From Candidatus Thorarchaeota archaeon (lineage in GTDB: Archaea; Asgardarchaeota; Thorarchaeia; Thorarchaeales; Thorarchaeaceae), in assembly GCA_020348985.1 (NCBI GenBank), contig CP070761.1, forward strand, positions 1-56,348: a stretch of DNA of 56,348 nucleotides, in the 5' to 3' direction. Within the stretch, counting starts at the first letter, position 1; the number at the start of each line of letters is the position of its first letter. The notes below the pieces were generated by a model. It was not told the origin of the DNA and did no database searches. It worked only from the letters and a program-made list of their open reading frames with translations. Shown here piece after piece: positions 38,126-46,255 of the stretch. The translations under genes and the position numbers were made by a program.

Positions 38126-39069
38126 GGTTCTCTCCTCGCTAGAATCAATCCGCCTTCAGATCCGCCTGAGAGCAGGAGATCTCGCAGGTCCTTGGGCACT
38201 GCAGATTTCATCGTTGAGGCTGTATTCAGTACTCTTCGAATCTCCATAATGTAATGTTTGAGTAGAAGCCGCATCAGACCTAGCTTCTGACTGTTCTTGT
38301 CCACCCAGAGACTGAAAACGCCATTTGGAACTGCGTATATGATGTGACGAGTATTCCCTGTTTCACAGAGAACATTCTGTAAAGAGCTATTACGAAGAGT
38401 GCGTACAACTCGGTCTGACGAATCATGAAGAGCAAAGGACATGGCGGCCAGTCGGTCGTTTGTAAAGCCATCAAGAGAGACCCTTACGCCTCCACTAAGT
38501 GCTAGGAATGCGGAATCAATATTGGGGATGCTGTCATGAACTTGCTTCAAGAGGGCTCTTAGAGCAAGTGCTTGAGAACGATCAAGTGAGATTATGGATC
38601 TTGATAGCGAGTAGGTTGTGTCACCCCCATCTGCCACCGTGAACCCCCCGAGAACCCTTTGAGTTTCGTCTGAACTATACGATCTCAGCGGAGGTAATCG
38701 GCCACTGATGTGTTCTTTCAAGAGAAACGAAACGCGCAAAAGGCTATCTTTCATTTCTATGAATAGAGCTGCGAGATTCACTCGTGGCGCTGTCGTGATT
38801 GTTAGGAAGTAATTGGGGTCATTTGGAAGTGATGCCAAGAAGACCTTTGATGTTTCAGATTCCATTAGAAGGTAATTGAAATTTCCGTGAATCAGCTTGG
38901 CAACACCAAAAATCGCACAAGTTGACGATGCAATAGCAAAAACCTCATCCTTGCTAAACCATACACCTGCGCTAGCCACAGGTAGACCGTCCTTTTGGAC
39001 GAGTATTACATTCTCCACACCTGTGATCATTTTGATATTCTGTAGTGTTTCGTTGAGATCCTCGGTCAA
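38122..39069 (-). CDS. Tandem roadblock/LC7 (MglB-like) domain protein
   Basis: Repeat 1: GVENVILVQKDGLPVAS..FAIASS..NLAALFIEMK. Repeat 2: NIDSAFLALSGGVRVS..LAAMSFAL..KLGLMRLLLK. Confidence 0.85.
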   Translation of the reverse strand: MTEDLNETLQNIKMITGVENVILVQKDGLPVASAGVWFSKDEVFAIASSTCAIFGVAKLIHGNFNYLLMESETSKVFLASLPNDPNYFLTITTAPRVNLAALFIEMKDSLLRVSFLLKEHISGRLPPLRSYSSDETQRVLGGFTVADGGDTTYSLSRSIISLDRSQALALRALLKQVHDSIPNIDSAFLALSGGVRVSLDGFTNDRLAAMSFALHDSSDRVVRTLRNSSLQNVLCETGNTRHIIYAVPNGVFSLWVDKNSQKLGLMRLLLKHYIMEIRRVLNTASTMKSAVPKDLRDLLLSGGSEGGLILARREP

Positions 39070-39120
39070 TAGCTAAGCACCATCTCAGTCGATGATTCAA
39101 AGTTGAATCGCTGGATACGC

Positions 39121-39127
39121 TATTTAA
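39121..39127 (-). promoter_or_regulatory. Putative TATA box for the roadblock-DENN-GTPase operon
   Basis: TTAAATA on the minus strand, about 52 nt upstream of the TTG at 39069. Confidence 0.4.
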
Positions 39128-39200
39128 CCACCACACAGAAAGTGCATTGACACTTTCGGAGCAGAGTATTCAGGACAGTGCTTTGTCTTGTTTGCAAGGC

Positions 39201-40496
39201 CTACATGTGGATTAGGGCAGCATCTGGGACTTCTTGAAAGATTGCACGTGCCGCTTTCTCTACTTCCTTTCGATGTCGATCGAAAGTGTATACTCGAATG
39301 AGATCAAAGTATACTTTCATCATATCTGCAATGTTTGAGAGATCCGAAAGGTTCCGAGAGACACGTTTACCTTCAATCATTTCGTAGATTCGGATTTCCA
39401 TGGGGTTATGCTGATGCGGGTTGTAAGGTACAGACGGAAGCGTGGGAACATCGACAATGACATCTTCTGGATTGACTTTCGCTTTCTCAGCAATCTCTTC
39501 CTCTATGCTTTCACGTACCTTACGCTTGGTCAAAACCTTGGAGACAAAACGGTCTTCCGTGTGCAAAACTTTCTCGAAAGCGGACTTGTACAATACTCTT
39601 GAATCAAGCAGGTTGACCATTCTTGAAGCCTCTGCTGCATCTTCAGATTCAGAAGGGTCAATCCTCCTGATTCTTGATATGAGTGACATGTCATCTAGTA
39701 CTAGGAATTCTTCAGGAGTTTCAAAATCCGTGAGTCCAAGCACGCTATCGGCGGCATTCATGAGCTTGACTAGCATAACTTCAACGCTTCGGACAGTCTT
39801 ATGATAGTACACATTGAGAAACATCTCATATCTTGCTACTAAGAAAGATTCGAGAGCTCCACGGGCTGCTAGAGCAAACTCCAATTCGCTGTCTGCTGAC
39901 ACCTCGAGACTACTGATTAGGCGATGAATGTCAACCAAACCATAGCTTACGCCACAGTAGAATGAATCACGAATTAGATAGTCCATCTTGTCTGCATCTA
40001 TTTGGCCAGCAACAATTCCACTGGTTATCGCATCTGTCTTCTTCTTTCTCCTGCCACGGACAAGATTAGCGATTCTCTTCTTAGAAACCCCGCCATCTTC
40101 CAGAAGTTCTCCCAGCTCGCTTTCGAGTATAATCCACTCGGTGACATCCTCATGGTTCATTCCTCGTTTCTCAATGAGTGCCTCCTCAAAGACGTGGCTG
40201 AAAGGACCATGTCCAATGTCATGAAGTAGTCCAGCGATTCTGACCTCCTGAAGTGAATCGTCACCCAGACCAATCTTTCCTAGCAACCTTCGTCCCATAA
40301 GTCCTGCAAGATAAAGAGCACCAATGCAATGGCCAAAGCGAGTATGTTCAGCTGTAGGGTAAACGAAGTGGCCACCTGATAATTGCTTGATTCTCCTGAG
40401 ACGTTGATATGGTCCTGAATCGATTATCTTTGATTCAATATCTGTCAGACCAATGAACCCATGAACCGGATCGTTCACTTCTATTGTGAATTTCAA
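39201..40496 (-). CDS. HD-domain phosphohydrolase, SAMHD1/dNTP triphosphohydrolase-like
   Basis: DPVHG, QRLRRIKQL, HTRFGH, LLHDIGHGPFSH, DADKMDYLIRD and VYYHK. Confidence 0.9.
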   Translation of the reverse strand: MKFTIEVNDPVHGFIGLTDIESKIIDSGPYQRLRRIKQLSGGHFVYPTAEHTRFGHCIGALYLAGLMGRRLLGKIGLGDDSLQEVRIAGLLHDIGHGPFSHVFEEALIEKRGMNHEDVTEWIILESELGELLEDGGVSKKRIANLVRGRRKKKTDAITSGIVAGQIDADKMDYLIRDSFYCGVSYGLVDIHRLISSLEVSADSELEFALAARGALESFLVARYEMFLNVYYHKTVRSVEVMLVKLMNAADSVLGLTDFETPEEFLVLDDMSLISRIRRIDPSESEDAAEASRMVNLLDSRVLYKSAFEKVLHTEDRFVSKVLTKRKVRESIEEEIAEKAKVNPEDVIVDVPTLPSVPYNPHQHNPMEIRIYEMIEGKRVSRNLSDLSNIADMMKVYFDLIRVYTFDRHRKEVEKAARAIFQEVPDAALIHM

Positions 40497-40524
40497 ACAT
40501 TGCCACCTAGTTTTTGTAGTAGTT

Positions 40525-41268
40525 TCAAGGATTGATTGTCCTTATGACTCTTACAAGTTCCTCTTCAGATTCTAGCTCCGAAACGCAAAGTGGCAAATGA
40601 ATGTTATCCGCTATCCGGACAGCCAGTGGATCAAGCTCTTTGACACCCTGAAGAATCGCTACAGCAGGTTTCACTGCAACAGAAGTACCAATTTGACTAG
40701 CCTTGATTGCAACCATGGGCGACCTACCCGTGCTTACATTAGTAAGAACTGCTGCCCTTTGTGTTGTACCACCATACAGTCGAAGAAGCTGTTGTGGAGT
40801 AAGTGTGACAATTGCTTTCACGCTGTCGAGTACGGTGTATCCGTATATCTCACGTGATAGCAGATTCCTATGAGTTAGTATTCTGCATTGAAGCGATTCT
40901 ACAAGACGTTGGGCTGAGATAGCTGTTCTAAACTCTCGTATGTCAAGTATTGCATCAGATGCAATTTCAGGAGACTCCAGCTTTTCCAGTGCCATTGCAA
41001 TCCTTCCGCCGCTCGCAGAATCAATCTCAATAAGACCTTCTATGAAACGTCTGATTGTCTCTACACGGGGTGATTTGCGTCGTCCACTTTCATAGTCGCT
41101 TATGACAGATGGTGAGACTCCAAGATGACGAGCGAGGTCCTTTTGGGATATCTTGAAACGTTCTCGCCACCTCTTCATGATGGCACCCGGATCATCCTCA
41201 GCAATGCAAATCTCGCCGGCCATTGTCTCAGCCAATCGTTGCAGTGCCCTGCTCTGATCCATAGTCAA
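40525..41268 (-). CDS. XRE-family HTH transcriptional regulator (archaeal COG1709 type)
   Basis: MAGEI, SPSVISDYESGRRKSP, GYTVLDS and TGRSPMVAIK. Confidence 0.9.
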   Translation of the reverse strand: MTMDQSRALQRLAETMAGEICIAEDDPGAIMKRWRERFKISQKDLARHLGVSPSVISDYESGRRKSPRVETIRRFIEGLIEIDSASGGRIAMALEKLESPEIASDAILDIREFRTAISAQRLVESLQCRILTHRNLLSREIYGYTVLDSVKAIVTLTPQQLLRLYGGTTQRAAVLTNVSTGRSPMVAIKASQIGTSVAVKPAVAILQGVKELDPLAVRIADNIHLPLCVSELESEEELVRVIRTINP

Positions 41269-41389
41269 ACTCCGGCAGAGAAGAAGATAAGATTTGTGAA
41301 GATTATCAGTGGCCTAGCGTATAGCTCTTGGAGATTTAGAAACCAAAGCATCTAAAGAGCTATTGTGTAGGCTCATTCTGGGTCATGTG

Positions 41390-42160
41390 ATGTTCTGGAT
41401 GTTTCTAATTGGCACTGCAGGATCAGGAAAATCACTGCTTACATCATCCCTTGAAAAGTGGCTAGACTCATCTGAGCTAAGTGTGACCGTTGTAAATCTT
41501 GATCCAGGTGTAGATGATCCTCCCTATACAAGTGATGTAGATATCAGAGAACATGTCAACTATGGAGAAGTAATGAGTAGGTTTGGGCTCGGACCAAATG
41601 GGGCGTTGGTCGCTTCCTTAGACATTGCCGTAAGTCATGTGGATGAAATGCGTGAAGAAGTACTTGAGACTGAAAGGGATTATGTGATAGTTGATTGCCC
41701 GGGTCAGATGGAACTATTCGCATATCGCAATTCTGGACCTTTGATTGTGTCAAGTCTGAGAGGCCAAGACACTGCACTGTCACTTTATCTTCTTGATTCA
41801 AATATCGCAAAGACTCCGGCAGGCTTCCTTTCTTCAATGCTTCTGGGACTCTCGATCAACATTCGTTTTGATCTTCCACAAATCCATGTTCTTAGCAAAC
41901 CCGATATTCTTCTCGATGATGAAGTGGAGAAAATTGTCTCTTGGACAGAGGATATCTACAAACTAGAGGAGGAACTTGACAGCTCTTCGATAGGTCTTGT
42001 GCGTGAGTATTCGACAGCAATCCTAAGAATGCTTGAAAATCTGGGTGGTACAACAGATGTCATTCCTGTTTCAGCCAAAAACATGACTGGAATAGAGACG
42101 TTGTACGGAGAACTTCAGCGCGTTTTCAGTGGTGGAGATAACATCTACGGCGAGTTGTAA
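41390..42160 (+). CDS. GPN-loop GTPase
   Basis: GTAGSGKS, NLDPG, LGPNGAL and DCPGQME. Confidence 0.93.
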   Translation: MFWMFLIGTAGSGKSLLTSSLEKWLDSSELSVTVVNLDPGVDDPPYTSDVDIREHVNYGEVMSRFGLGPNGALVASLDIAVSHVDEMREEVLETERDYVIVDCPGQMELFAYRNSGPLIVSSLRGQDTALSLYLLDSNIAKTPAGFLSSMLLGLSINIRFDLPQIHVLSKPDILLDDEVEKIVSWTEDIYKLEEELDSSSIGLVREYSTAILRMLENLGGTTDVIPVSAKNMTGIETLYGELQRVFSGGDNIYGEL

Positions 42161-43231
42161 TTGAACTTGACAAATGAGGTGTCTGTGCAGAATGCTGATG
42201 ATGACAGAAGAGCCTACTTCGTTCTCACGATCGGTGAACACCTGGACTTGGCACGGGCTGAGCAGGAAAGTCTTGTGAGTCTTGTGTCGTCTGGTACAAA
42301 GATAGAATGGAAAGGTCAGATTGGATTCTTTGACTCTCTAATATATCCGATTTCTTTCCTTTCGGATCGTTCTGTAATGGCCAAGGAATCTGGTGAAGTA
42401 TTCTATTCATGCAGTGGTCCGCTTCGCAATCTCTTTGAGAGTTTAGAAGGTGATATTCTGCGCACAATTGTAGACAAAAGAGAGACCTTCTGTGTGAGAA
42501 CACTGTCTTTAGCAGGTGTTGACACAAGAACGCGTTTGCAGACCGAATCGCATGTTGGAAATCTGATCGTCCAGGCGACAAAGGCAAAAGTCAACCTGGA
42601 GAATCCAGATGTAAAAGTGCTAGTCGTCTTCCTGTCAGATAGCACAATAGTGTGCAAGTCCACAGTCTCTAGACTACGGAGTCAGTTCAGATACAAAGTC
42701 CGTGAAACTCTACCCTTCTTCCATCCGAGCATGATGAATACAAGACTTGCTCGTGTTTTGTGCAATCTAGCCGGAGTTATGCCTCAGGATACAGTATTCG
42801 ACCCGTTTTGTGGAGCAGGGGGTATTCTTAGTGAAGCGTTGGCAATCGGTGCCAACGGGATAGGTATGGACTTGAATTGGAGGCTTCTTAGAGGAGCAAA
42901 GACAAATCTTTCAGAACGGAGGAGTTCCCAGTTTAGTCTCATTCAAGGTGATGCAAGGCAATTGCCACTAACTGGTTATGATCATATAGTGACCGACCCG
43001 CCTTATGGCAGAGCCAGCTCGACAAGAGGTTCTGCTGCCAATGCACTTGTGAGAGATTTCCTAGAAACTTCGACAAGGCTGGGTCGAAAGAGAGGGACGC
43101 TCTGCATATGTGGAAGTACAGAAATGGGCATTCCGGAATTGATTGAGAATCTGGGACTAGTGCCATTGAGAAGATTGCGCCTGAGAGTTCACAAGGGACT
43201 TACTCGTGAGATTGTAACATTAGATATCTAG
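42161..43231 (+). CDS. THUMP-domain tRNA (guanine-10-N2) methyltransferase, Trm11/Trm-G10
   Basis: THUMP segment KVNLENPD, then PFFHPSMM..RLAR, DPFCGAG and TDPPYG. Confidence 0.87.
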   Translation: MNLTNEVSVQNADDDRRAYFVLTIGEHLDLARAEQESLVSLVSSGTKIEWKGQIGFFDSLIYPISFLSDRSVMAKESGEVFYSCSGPLRNLFESLEGDILRTIVDKRETFCVRTLSLAGVDTRTRLQTESHVGNLIVQATKAKVNLENPDVKVLVVFLSDSTIVCKSTVSRLRSQFRYKVRETLPFFHPSMMNTRLARVLCNLAGVMPQDTVFDPFCGAGGILSEALAIGANGIGMDLNWRLLRGAKTNLSERRSSQFSLIQGDARQLPLTGYDHIVTDPPYGRASSTRGSAANALVRDFLETSTRLGRKRGTLCICGSTEMGIPELIENLGLVPLRRLRLRVHKGLTREIVTLDI

Positions 43232-43656
43232 TCAGCTATGATTCTTCCATCCTGAGTCATTGGTGCAAACCAAGAAAGGAAATCCTCGAACTCCTTGACT
43301 GAATCAAATCTCAGAGTGGTGTGAACACAACCAAGTGGTGGATCTTGGTCTGAATCGTCTACTATTCTTACTCGACCTTGACTTGCCGCCTGTTTATCGA
43401 ATAAGATGTATGTCTGCTCCTCATCCCAATTTTCAATTAGTAGTTTCCTTGCAACATCGATTATCCTAAGGTCATGGATGCGATCTCGAAGCCAAATGAT
43501 ACCTTCTCTATCATCTGCGGCCGTCCTGAGGACTGTGATGGTTTCTTTCTGTTCGCGTTGTAGACTGACACCACCGAACAGATTCGTCAAAGCTTTCTCA
43601 ACAAGATACTGATTCTCAGTTGGGAAAACACTACACGCTACTTCTATATTCATCAC
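43228..43656 (-). CDS. UPF0201 RNA-binding protein
   Basis: VFPTE..VEKAL.NLF, RIIDVAR, KQAA..GRV and PLG. Confidence 0.85.
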   Translation of the reverse strand: MMNIEVACSVFPTENQYLVEKALTNLFGGVSLQREQKETITVLRTAADDREGIIWLRDRIHDLRIIDVARKLLIENWDEEQTYILFDKQAASQGRVRIVDDSDQDPPLGCVHTTLRFDSVKEFEDFLSWFAPMTQDGRIIAD

Positions 43657-44192
43657 TATTGTGCCTCTGCAAGCTCTGTAGATATCCGACGAAGTTCCTC
43701 GATGCTTCCCTCGTTGACTATCATCTTATCAGCCAATGCGATAACTCCACCCAAGCCAACGGATATCTCTCTCAGATCACGCTCTCTGAAAGTACTCCAG
43801 TCAGGTGGAGCATCGTCTCGAGCTCGCTTGCGAAGTCTTGCGAATCTAGTTGAAGGAGAGGAATGAATGCACACGATAGTGAGCTGTGAAGCATAGTCAT
43901 CAAAAACATCAATTTCGTCGATGCTTCTACAGCCTTCAATGACAACGATATCGGAGTCCTTCTCTGAGAGCTCCTGAAGACAAAGCTTGGCAATAGCTCC
44001 AGGACCTTTTTGGTTTCTAAGTTCTAGCATCACTTGTCTGGTATTTTCCGGATTTGCTTGAAGTCCTTGACGTTGAACTTCATCTCGAACAGAATCACCC
44101 ATAACGATCACAGGTTTTCCAACATTCTGATAAGCACTGGCAACTTCACTCTTTCCTGCTCCGGGCATTCCGGTTATGATAACGAGTTTCAT
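43656..44192 (-). CDS. UPF0200 P-loop kinase (dephospho-CoA-kinase-like)
   Basis: TGMPGAGKS, MGDSVR, EGCRS..E, R..DD and RDLRE..VGL. Confidence 0.88.
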   Translation of the reverse strand: MKLVIITGMPGAGKSEVASAYQNVGKPVIVMGDSVRDEVQRQGLQANPENTRQVMLELRNQKGPGAIAKLCLQELSEKDSDIVVIEGCRSIDEIDVFDDYASQLTIVCIHSSPSTRFARLRKRARDDAPPDWSTFRERDLREISVGLGGVIALADKMIVNEGSIEELRRISTELAEAQ

Positions 44193-44354
44193 TGATATTC
44201 AACGCCAAATTGGCTATTAGCTGCTGATGCTTTATCTTTGCGGTTATTGACCCGAACATTCGATGATCCGGGATATCGCCAAAGGTACAGTCTATGTTTC
44301 GGACTATCTATAAGGATGGAGTGGGGTTGTCCACCGAGGACTTGAGGTGGATCC

Positions 44355-44921
44355 ATGAGGGGAACTCTCAGAGCCTTTCTTAGTGTCGATATTGATGACC
44401 AGAGCTTACTGTCAAGGATAACGAATATCCAGACAAGACTAGATGCCCGGACTGCTAAGATGAAATTGGTGGAGAAGGAGAAAATCCATTTTACGTGGCG
44501 CTTCTTTGGGGAAACTCCTGTGTCAAGGATTGAATCAATGAAGGAAGTGATGAGCAGGATACGTTCATCTTCTTTCGAGATTCGTATCGGGGGCGTTGGG
44601 GCCTTTCCCAGCGCTAGACGTCCACGTGTGATTTGGATTGGGGTCACTGAGAATAGTGACAAGATGCGTTCCCTCAAGGCTGAGACTGATGATTTACTGG
44701 CCGAACTGGGCTACTCACGTGAGGCAAGGAAATTCCATCCTCATGCAACGATTGCGCGGGTAAGAAACGTACTTGACCGCAATCTGCTACAAGAGAACCT
44801 AGAAAGCATGGCCGGAATTGATGTAGGAAGTATGATTGTAGGCAACCTGCGATTGACCAAAAGCACATTGACACCTTCTGGTCCGATATATCAGACAGTC
44901 TGGGAAGTGGAACTGAAATAG
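44355..44921 (+). CDS. thpR: RNA 2',3'-cyclic phosphodiesterase (2'-5' RNA ligase, 2H family)
   Basis: RAFLSV, two HxT motifs (HFT, HAT), GAFPS..RPRVIW and STLTPSGPIY. Confidence 0.93.
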   Translation: MRGTLRAFLSVDIDDQSLLSRITNIQTRLDARTAKMKLVEKEKIHFTWRFFGETPVSRIESMKEVMSRIRSSSFEIRIGGVGAFPSARRPRVIWIGVTENSDKMRSLKAETDDLLAELGYSREARKFHPHATIARVRNVLDRNLLQENLESMAGIDVGSMIVGNLRLTKSTLTPSGPIYQTVWEVELK

Positions 44922-44927
44922 GGACTG

Positions 44928-45036
44928 TGGTGGGCCGGGGGAGACTTGAACTCCCGATCTCTTGCAGATTGTGACATGATTCATGATGAGTCAAGCCGCC
45001 CCAAGCAAGAATCATACCAAGCTAGACTACCGACCC
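44928..45036 (-). tRNA. tRNA-Pro(GGG) with a 32-nt intron at canonical position 37/38 (intron 44967-44998), CCA encoded
   Basis: Acceptor GGGTCGG/CCGGCCC; CTTGC-TTGGGG^T-GCAAG anticodon arm; GGGAG-TTCAAGT-CTCCC T arm; mature length 77 nt. Confidence 0.9.
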
Positions 45037-45199
45037 TTTGTTCATGGTCTGTTGACTATGGACCTTATGTATGGCCAAACCACAAGAAAGTTGAATTGAA
45101 GATAAATATTGCTTCAAAGATTGTCGCGTCTCTCTGGCCCTTTGCTCGATATGAATATCAGAGTGTGTGGAATGCTCTCATTGGATTAGGTGACATTTA

Positions 45200-46255
45200 T
45201 TGGCAACTGATGTTGTGTATCATGATGTCTTCGTGAAACATCAGCTCTCTCCTGGGCATCCAGAATCTCCAGAACGATTGAAGTCTGCATTGATGTTTCT
45301 CGAACGCGGGCGGCTGCTTGAAGATTCTGACACGAATCTGTTTACTCCATCTAGAAAGAGTATTGATCATATCATGTCTGTACACAGTATGGAGTATCTT
45401 GATGTGCTTCGAAGAACATCTGAGTCCGGGGGAGGATTCTTCACGTTGGATACCTCTGCTAACGAATATACGTACGAAGCAGCTATTATGGCAGCAAATG
45501 GCAGTGTAGAAACTGTTGAGAGAATTCAGAAAGGCATCATTCAGAATGCATACGTGTTATGTAGACCTCCGGGTCATCATGCGGAATCCAACCGGGCTTT
45601 TGGCTTCTGTTTCGTAAACAACATAGCAGTTGCTGCAAATTACCTTGTTGAGTTTGAAGGACTCGATCGAGTTATGATAATTGATTATGATGCTCATCAT
45701 GGTAATGGAACACAGAATACTTTCTACTCAAGTAACAAGATCCTATATGTTGGCTTACACCAAGACGGAAGAACTCTATTCCCAGGCTCAGGATTTCCTG
45801 ATGAGATTGGGAAAGGTGAGGGGGAAGGATATAATGTCAATTTGTCCATGTATCCTGGTGCTGGTGATCTATCCTATGGAATCGCTTTTGAGCAACTAAT
45901 CTGGCCCATTGTGGATTCCTTCAAGCCTCAGTTCATACTGGTGTCAGTTGGTTTTGACGGACATGTATCTGATCCACTAACGTCATTGGGTCTGACAAGA
46001 TCGGGATTTTCCATGATGAACCGAGAGCTAAATTCAATGGCGAAATCGCATGCATCAGGTAAGGTTGCTTTCTTTCTAGAGGGAGGCTACAATATTGACA
46101 TAGTGGGAAGTGGATCTCAGAATCTGGTGGAGGAGCTGGCGGGAAAAGATGTCACCTTGTTTGCAGAAAAACATGAAGAAAGCAAGAAGAGCGTAGAGTA
46201 TTCCGAGAACCTAATTATTTACCTGCAAGAGAAACTGGATGGTATTCTTCTCTAG
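45200..46255 (+). CDS. Histone deacetylase / AcuC-family zinc amidohydrolase
   Basis: HPESPER, RPPGHHA, GFCFVNN, DYDAHHGNGTQ, GFDGH..DPL and EGGY. Confidence 0.93.
   Translation: MATDVVYHDVFVKHQLSPGHPESPERLKSALMFLERGRLLEDSDTNLFTPSRKSIDHIMSVHSMEYLDVLRRTSESGGGFFTLDTSANEYTYEAAIMAANGSVETVERIQKGIIQNAYVLCRPPGHHAESNRAFGFCFVNNIAVAANYLVEFEGLDRVMIIDYDAHHGNGTQNTFYSSNKILYVGLHQDGRTLFPGSGFPDEIGKGEGEGYNVNLSMYPGAGDLSYGIAFEQLIWPIVDSFKPQFILVSVGFDGHVSDPLTSLGLTRSGFSMMNRELNSMAKSHASGKVAFFLEGGYNIDIVGSGSQNLVEELAGKDVTLFAEKHEESKKSVEYSENLIIYLQEKLDGILL

Noticed and set aside
45200-46255. HDAC as evidence of eukaryote-like chromatin regulation
   Set aside because: The HDAC/AcuC family is widespread in prokaryotes, and no histone or acetyltransferase gene is nearby to support a chromatin role.
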